Source: Pseudothermotoga sp.
GTDB lineage: Bacteria; Thermotogota; Thermotogae; Thermotogales; DSM-5069
DNA length: 32,344 nucleotides
NCBI GenBank assembly: GCA_041640575.1
Contig: JBEPZZ010000018.1
Location: 1 to 32,344 of the forward strand
Direction: 5' to 3'
The position numbers and the translations under genes are program-made. Position 1 is the first letter of the stretch. Every line of letters begins with the position of its first letter. This document shows positions 26,743-32,344 of this stretch, in pieces. The notes below the pieces were generated by a model. That model did no database searches, had not been told where the DNA came from, and worked only from the letters and a program-made list of their open reading frames with translations.

Positions 26743-28896
26743 ATGCCAGATTATCCGGTTCAGTATAACAACCCAGGACCTGAGATCAAACTCAGAACAA
26801 AGCGTGGTTATCCAAAATTGGGCGCGACTCCTGACGATGCTGGTGTAAACTTTGCTCTTTTCACGAGAAATGGGCGTCGTGTAATCCTTGAGCTTTATCA
26901 GAATTACTACGATGATAAACCATCACACAGGTTTGTCTTAGATCCAATCCAAAACAGAACAGGTGACATATGGCACATTTATGTTTATGGTGTTGGTCAC
27001 GGACAGTACTATGGCTGGAGAGTCGATGGCGAATATGATCCTGTGAGCGGAAAAAGATTCAATGTGAACAAACTTTTGACTGATCCTTATGCTAAAGCAA
27101 TATCCGGGTCTTATGAGTGGGATGAGGAATGTGTTTATGGATACGACAAGAAGTCTCCGATGAGGGATTTATCGTTTTCTTACGAAGACTCTGCCCGCAG
27201 CCCCACTAAATCCATAGTAATAGATGATTCAAAGTATGATTGGTCAGACGATAGACGGCCGAAGATACCATGGAATGATACCATCATTTACGAAATGCAC
27301 GTTAGATTTTTTACGATTCATCCAAGTTCTAATGTTAGATTTCCTGGAACTTTCCTCGGTATCATCGAAAAGCTGGATCATTTGAAAGAAGTTGGAGTAA
27401 CTACAATTGAATTAATGCCTGTTTTCGAATTTTGTACCACTGCGAATACAAACATAAATCCATTGACTGGCAAGAGATTAAAAGACATGTGGGGCTACAA
27501 TCCTTTAGCTTTTTTTGCTGTTACAGGCAACTATTCAGTAGGTATGAAATTAGGGGAACAAGTTTTCCTATTCAAAGACTTCGTGAAAGAGCTTCATAAG
27601 AATGGTTTCGAAGTTATTCTCGATGTTGTTTACAATCATACCGGTGAGGGAAACGAACTTGGCCCGACACTATCTTTTAGAGGCATAGACAATGAAATTT
27701 ATTACATGCTAGATCCAAAGTGCAAGAGATATTACCTTAATTATTCTGGTTGCGGCAACACTCTGAATTGTAACCATCCCGTGGTCAAAGAAATGATCAT
27801 TGACAGTCTGAGATACTGGGCAACTGAGATGCATGTTGATGGTTTTAGGTTTGATCTAGCGTCGATACTTGGTCGTACTCCAGATGGTAGATGGATTGGT
27901 GATTTTTCTCTGTTGAAAGATATAGCAGAGGATGCTATTCTGCACGATTTGAAATTAATTGCGGAAGGTTGGGATGCTGCAGGAGGATACTTTGTAGGGC
28001 AGTTTCCAGAAGGTTGGGCAGAGTGGAATGGAAAATACAGAGATGCAGTAAGAAGATTTGTGAGAGGCGATGAAGGAACAGTACCGGAACTGGCAACGAG
28101 GGTATCGGGTAGCCATGATTTGTATGCTGGCAGAAGCCCTCATGCAAGTATCAACTTTATAACTTGCCATGATGGTTTTACAATGTACGATTTAGTTAGC
28201 TATCGGCATAAACACAACGAATCTAATGGTGAGCAAAACAGGGATGGTGCGGATGAAAACTTCAGTTGTAATTACGGAATTGAGGGTGAAACCAATGATC
28301 CGAGAATTCTCAAGATTAGAAAACAACAAATCAAGAACTTTATAACGATCCTAATGGTTTCGCACGGGACCCCGATGATTCTCATGGGAGATGAAATGTG
28401 TCGAACTCAGTTTGGTAATAACAACGCTTACTGTCATGACAACGAAATAACATGGTTGGACTGGCGTTTGAAGGAGAAAAATCAAGATATCTTTCGCTTT
28501 TTTAAAAAGATTATTGAGTTCAGAAAATCTCATCCTGCTTTGAGAAGACCTCATTTTTTTACAGGCTTACCTACTTTTGCTGGCATACCTGATCTCACGT
28601 GGCATGGTGTCAAACCATTTGAGCCTGATTTTAGCTACCATTCGCATTCCATAGCATTCATGATCAGTGGTGCCCCAACGAAAACAGGTGAAGAAGAAGA
28701 TGTCGATATCTATGTTATACTTAATGAATGGCGAGAGCCTCTCAAATTTATACTCCCTCACATCCACGGTAAAAGCTGGTACCGTGTTGTTGATACTTCA
28801 TTAGAGCCTCCGGATGATTTTTTGGATGAACCTGAACACGTTGGTTATTTTTATGAAGCACAACCAAGAAGTTCGGTTATTCTAATTGGCAGATGA
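26743..28896 (+). CDS. glgX: Glycogen debranching enzyme / isoamylase (GH13, CBM48)
   Basis: Motifs DPYAKA, IYEMHVR, WGYNP, DVVYNHTGEG, VDGFRFDLA, AEGWD, CHDGFT and NNAYC. Start refined to ATG 26743 (the ORF track start 26641 overlaps phoH). Confidence 0.95.
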   Translation: MPDYPVQYNNPGPEIKLRTKRGYPKLGATPDDAGVNFALFTRNGRRVILELYQNYYDDKPSHRFVLDPIQNRTGDIWHIYVYGVGHGQYYGWRVDGEYDPVSGKRFNVNKLLTDPYAKAISGSYEWDEECVYGYDKKSPMRDLSFSYEDSARSPTKSIVIDDSKYDWSDDRRPKIPWNDTIIYEMHVRFFTIHPSSNVRFPGTFLGIIEKLDHLKEVGVTTIELMPVFEFCTTANTNINPLTGKRLKDMWGYNPLAFFAVTGNYSVGMKLGEQVFLFKDFVKELHKNGFEVILDVVYNHTGEGNELGPTLSFRGIDNEIYYMLDPKCKRYYLNYSGCGNTLNCNHPVVKEMIIDSLRYWATEMHVDGFRFDLASILGRTPDGRWIGDFSLLKDIAEDAILHDLKLIAEGWDAAGGYFVGQFPEGWAEWNGKYRDAVRRFVRGDEGTVPELATRVSGSHDLYAGRSPHASINFITCHDGFTMYDLVSYRHKHNESNGEQNRDGADENFSCNYGIEGETNDPRILKIRKQQIKNFITILMVSHGTPMILMGDEMCRTQFGNNNAYCHDNEITWLDWRLKEKNQDIFRFFKKIIEFRKSHPALRRPHFFTGLPTFAGIPDLTWHGVKPFEPDFSYHSHSIAFMISGAPTKTGEEEDVDIYVILNEWREPLKFILPHIHGKSWYRVVDTSLEPPDDFLDEPEHVGYFYEAQPRSSVILIGR

Positions 28897-28982
28897 CACG
28901 ATTTGACAACCTCAAACGTAAATCTCCGGTTGAAAGTGAATATTGAAAGTTGTTTTTTTGGTTATTCGAAGGGGGTGTCTAT

Positions 28983-30479
28983 ATGAAGTTTGTTATCGCT
29001 TTGTTGCTGAGTTTCTCTGCTTTGTTGGTTGCATTTGTACCTGCGACGGCAGATTATATGGTCTTCGTCAAAGATTTTGGAAAAATCAACGAAGTCTTCC
29101 AGATTTTTGAGGATATTCCGGATGAGACAGACGGTTTTGTCTGCTTTTTTGGAAAATTCGTTCTCAATTTTTCAGCCTTCTTTAACCTTTTTGCTGAGGA
29201 AGATTTGAGACTATTAGGTGATGCTATTGATTTATCTGTAGTTACAAACAAACCTCAGTGGATAGGTAAATATCTTGAGAGTATCTTGAAAAATTTAACG
29301 GTAATCGAAGCAAATGATTTAACCTACTTCTGCTCACCCATAATGGTTGATCACGTTCGAGCAATGCTGAATGGCGAGTTACCTGCTGCGGAATTCCCAA
29401 TGGATTATTCAATCTATGGTAAGAGTAAATTCATTGTTCCATTTGGCGGTTTGATGCATCTACTGGGTCTTAGTGAAGGGCTTCCTTTATACGATGAATT
29501 TATTGTTCAAACCAGTGATGAAACAATTAATTTGAAAGTATTTTCTCATAGGCTCTATCAATATGAATGGGAAATGAACAGATTAAGGCAAAAATTTTTG
29601 CCGGAAGCGATGAAATTTCTAAAAGAAGCAGACTTAATCGTTGCAATGCCAGTATGGTTGTTGTCGCAGATACCCCGGGAAATGCTGGAAGAATTCGATC
29701 TTGAACTGGACAAGTATCTACCGGCTTTCGAAAAATCAAAGGCCATTTGTTTGAGTTTTTCCCAAGATTTTTCAAAAATGGTCTTCTGTTTCGATTTTCG
29801 AGCAGAGGACTTGGAGAGTATAAAAAGTTTCTTCGAGGAGTTGGGGGCTGACGTTAAAGAGAATGAGGATTTTGTTTTCTTGGCTTTGGATGAACTGGAA
29901 GGCATTCTTCCGAAAAGTGGTGGTGTAGGAACTATTCTTGCTAATGTGAAACTGGAAGAACTGACCAATTTGGAAACAAATTTACTTGTGAAACTGTATT
30001 TCAAGCAAGAAGAATTGTTTGTGAACTTCTCAGCATTCATGAGTCATGATTCTTTGGTAGTACAAGCTGAGATCTCAAAAGATTTTCTTGCAGAAATCCT
30101 AGAGGAATTCTCATCCGAGTTTGATTCAGGCTATTATTCTGAGGAACTAAACGTTTTGCAAACCATAATCGATCAAATCGATGAACTGTATTTTTCCTAT
30201 TCAATCAATCCTCCTATAAGCCTAGAAGAACTGATTGGAATTATGAGCCTTGACGAATTTATCCCAGCTGAGTATTTACGTCGAGTCATCTATGAAAACA
30301 CTTACGAAAATGGTATATTTACCATCAGAGTTTCAATAGACAGCGACTTAGTTGGCACAAGGTTTTTCAGTCCAGAGGATGTGGAGATCGAGCTTTATAT
30401 TTTCGTTGACGAAATACTCCTAGATTATGAGAATGGAAGGATAATTTTGGTCAAAAGGTACGAGGAAATTGCTGAGTAA
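28983..30479 (+). CDS. Secreted, acidic hypothetical protein
   Basis: Signal peptide MKFVIALLLSFSALLVA after SD GGGGGTG; Glu/Asp/Phe-rich; no catalytic motif recognised. Confidence 0.75.
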   Translation: MKFVIALLLSFSALLVAFVPATADYMVFVKDFGKINEVFQIFEDIPDETDGFVCFFGKFVLNFSAFFNLFAEEDLRLLGDAIDLSVVTNKPQWIGKYLESILKNLTVIEANDLTYFCSPIMVDHVRAMLNGELPAAEFPMDYSIYGKSKFIVPFGGLMHLLGLSEGLPLYDEFIVQTSDETINLKVFSHRLYQYEWEMNRLRQKFLPEAMKFLKEADLIVAMPVWLLSQIPREMLEEFDLELDKYLPAFEKSKAICLSFSQDFSKMVFCFDFRAEDLESIKSFFEELGADVKENEDFVFLALDELEGILPKSGGVGTILANVKLEELTNLETNLLVKLYFKQEELFVNFSAFMSHDSLVVQAEISKDFLAEILEEFSSEFDSGYYSEELNVLQTIIDQIDELYFSYSINPPISLEELIGIMSLDEFIPAEYLRRVIYENTYENGIFTIRVSIDSDLVGTRFFSPEDVEIELYIFVDEILLDYENGRIILVKRYEEIAE

Positions 30480-30502
30480 AATATCAGATGAGTATTTCGA
30501 CA

Positions 30503-30528
30503 AAGTCCACTGGGATATCTAGGGACTT
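30503..30528 (+). terminator. Hairpin downstream of the secreted protein gene
   Basis: AAGTCC-a-CTGGG-ata-TCTAG-GGACTT followed by a weak pyrimidine tract. Confidence 0.4.
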
Positions 30529-30718
30529 CTCTATGCTACAGTATTTTGTCTAATCTAGAATATGCTGAGCCATTTTAGTTGCACTTTTGAATTGATTGAA
30601 AAATAATTTTTACCATGAGGCTACGCATCAAAATCAATTGAAGTCGGATTTCAGAATTTTTTTGTGTCAGATTCAATCTGAAATGGTTGAGCATTTATCT
30701 TTGGAGGTGCCAGTCTCG

Positions 30719-32344
30719 GTGTTTCTTCCAACTACCAAAGACGAGATGGAAAAACTTGGTTGGAAAGAACTGGATGTGATCTTTGTCACAGGTGACGCTT
30801 ATGTTGATCATCCATCTTTTGGAGTGGCTCTACTTGGACATTATTTAGTTTCGAAAGGCTATAAGGTTGGTGTTATTGCTCAACCAGACTATCGAAATGA
30901 AAAGGATATCACACGGCTTGGCAGACCGAGACTTCTTTTTGGTGTCACCGCGGGTAACGTGGATTCAATGGTTGCGAATTACACCGCATCTATGAAAAGG
31001 AGAAAAAGCGATGAATATACACCTGGAGGTGTAAACAACAGAAGACCCGATCGTGCTGTTATTGTTTATTGCAATCTTATCAAAAGGTTTTTCCCAAAAG
31101 TTCCGATCATCATAGGCGGAATAGAAGCGAGTCTGAGAAGATTTTCCCATTATGATTGGTGGTCTGACAAGGTCAGAAAATCGATCCTTGTCGATTCAAA
31201 GGCAGATCTACTTGTCTACGGCATGGGTGAGAAAACTTTGCTCAGTATTGTTGAGATTTTGAGTCGCATGGGAGATATTGAAAAATGCAAAGATTTGAGA
31301 GGAATAGTTTACTGGACAGCCAAGAAACCAGAAGTTGGTGTGGAGTTGCCAAGTTTTGAAGAAATAACAGAAGTCAAAGAGTCTTACGCGAAAGCCACAA
31401 GAATGCAACTTTTTTTGACTGACCCATTTAGAGATACTATCCTTTATCAGAAGCAAGATAGTCGCTACGTTGTTCAAAATCCGCCCGAGTTTCCTCTTGA
31501 ACAAGACGAATTGGACAGACTTTATCTACTTCCTTTTGAAAGAAAAGTTCATCCTTATTATGAATCTCAGGGACATGTTCCTGCTATTGATATGATAAAG
31601 TTCTCAGTTACAGCCGTCAGAGGTTGCTACGGAATGTGCTCTTTTTGTGCATTGACACATCATCAAGGTACGCACGTTGTTTCAAGAAGCGAGGAATCTA
31701 TTATTGAAGAAGTGAAAATTCTTGTCAAGCACACTGATTTTAAAGGAACAATTAGTGATATAGGTGGGCCAACGGCAAACATGTATGGATCAGTGTGTAA
31801 TGTTAGGAATGAAAAAGGACAATGTCAGAAATTCTGCCTCTATCCAAAGATTTGCTCCTCTTCGAGTCCTAATCATGCTAGGTTTATCAATTTGCTCGAA
31901 AAAGTGAGTTCTATCCCTGGGGTAAGGAATGTTTACGTTTCTTCCGGTTTAAGACATGATTTGATTTTAGAAGATAAAGATCATTTAGTTGTGATACGAA
32001 AGCTTGTTAAATTTACTCCAGGTCAATTGAAACTTGCACCAGAGCACGCACATCCTGATGTTCTAAAATTGATGCGAAAACCGCCAGTTGAATTCTTTTT
32101 GAGATTCAAAAGAATTTTTGAAGACGAGGCCAAAAAGCAGGGACTAAAAAGGTACGTCGTTGGCTATTTCATTGTTGCACATCCAGGAGAATCTCAGGCA
32201 GAAAATCACTATTTGCGCACTTTCATAGCAAGAGATCTTGGTTACCGTCCGCAACAAATTCAAATTTTTACTCCTTCTCCAGGTACTGTGAGCACAGCTA
32301 TGTATTACGCTGGCATGGACCCAATCACAGGGCAACGAGTTTAT
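30719..32344 (+). CDS. ygiQ: YgiQ/UPF0313 family radical SAM protein, 3' end outside window
   Basis: Absent from the ORF track because no stop lies in the window. GTG 30719 after GGAGGTG gives MFLPTTKDEMEKLGW..GDAYVDHPSFG..GVTAGNVDSMVANYT; also RGCYGMCSFC (CxxxCxxC), DIGGPTANMY and LAPEH. Confidence 0.92.
   Translation, partial: MFLPTTKDEMEKLGWKELDVIFVTGDAYVDHPSFGVALLGHYLVSKGYKVGVIAQPDYRNEKDITRLGRPRLLFGVTAGNVDSMVANYTASMKRRKSDEYTPGGVNNRRPDRAVIVYCNLIKRFFPKVPIIIGGIEASLRRFSHYDWWSDKVRKSILVDSKADLLVYGMGEKTLLSIVEILSRMGDIEKCKDLRGIVYWTAKKPEVGVELPSFEEITEVKESYAKATRMQLFLTDPFRDTILYQKQDSRYVVQNPPEFPLEQDELDRLYLLPFERKVHPYYESQGHVPAIDMIKFSVTAVRGCYGMCSFCALTHHQGTHVVSRSEESIIEEVKILVKHTDFKGTISDIGGPTANMYGSVCNVRNEKGQCQKFCLYPKICSSSSPNHARFINLLEKVSSIPGVRNVYVSSGLRHDLILEDKDHLVVIRKLVKFTPGQLKLAPEHAHPDVLKLMRKPPVEFFLRFKRIFEDEAKKQGLKRYVVGYFIVAHPGESQAENHYLRTFIARDLGYRPQQIQIFTPSPGTVSTAMYYAGMDPITGQRVY

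Noticed and set aside
29558..30040. 160-aa antisense ORF
   Set aside because: It is Ser/Lys/Phe-rich, a mirror of the Glu/Phe/Leu-rich sense gene, which is typical of a shadow ORF.
1..32344. CRISPR array, IS element, prophage or defence system
   Set aside because: No regularly spaced repeats, transposase, integrase, phage or nuclease-type genes were recognised anywhere in the window.

Overview
This 32.3-kb, AT-rich, gene-dense bacterial window is most likely Thermotogota (Pseudothermotoga/Thermotoga-like). That assignment is inferred from gene content, protein character and GGAGGTG Shine-Dalgarno (SD) sites, not from a search. From left to right it holds: a partial hypothetical gene with glgC-glgD (-); rbgA, a TPR protein, apgM and comEC (+); tRNA-Ser(GGA), a terminator, rimP, nusA and fur (-); an MFS transporter and a DUF4438-like gene (+); and a long minus-strand block. 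In transcription order that block reads phoH, 7TM-HD, ybeY, DUF1015, Zn-peptidase, LacI, DMT, then dctP, [cyclase-family hydrolase, zwf], dctQ, dctM, then nitroreductase, psuG and a small outer-membrane beta-barrel. The window ends with glgX, a secreted acidic protein and a partial YgiQ radical SAM gene (+). No CRISPR array, IS element or prophage is visible. The most notable observation is a two-gene cassette (cyclase-family metallohydrolase plus glucose-6-phosphate dehydrogenase) inside a TRAP operon. It suggests a horizontally acquired module in which the cyclase protein may be an unrecognised 6-phosphogluconolactonase. Also noted are a palindromic promoter in front of zwf, two probable non-canonical start codons (ATA, CTG), a tRNA-terminator-rimP-nusA attenuator-like layout, and two uncharacterised envelope proteins.
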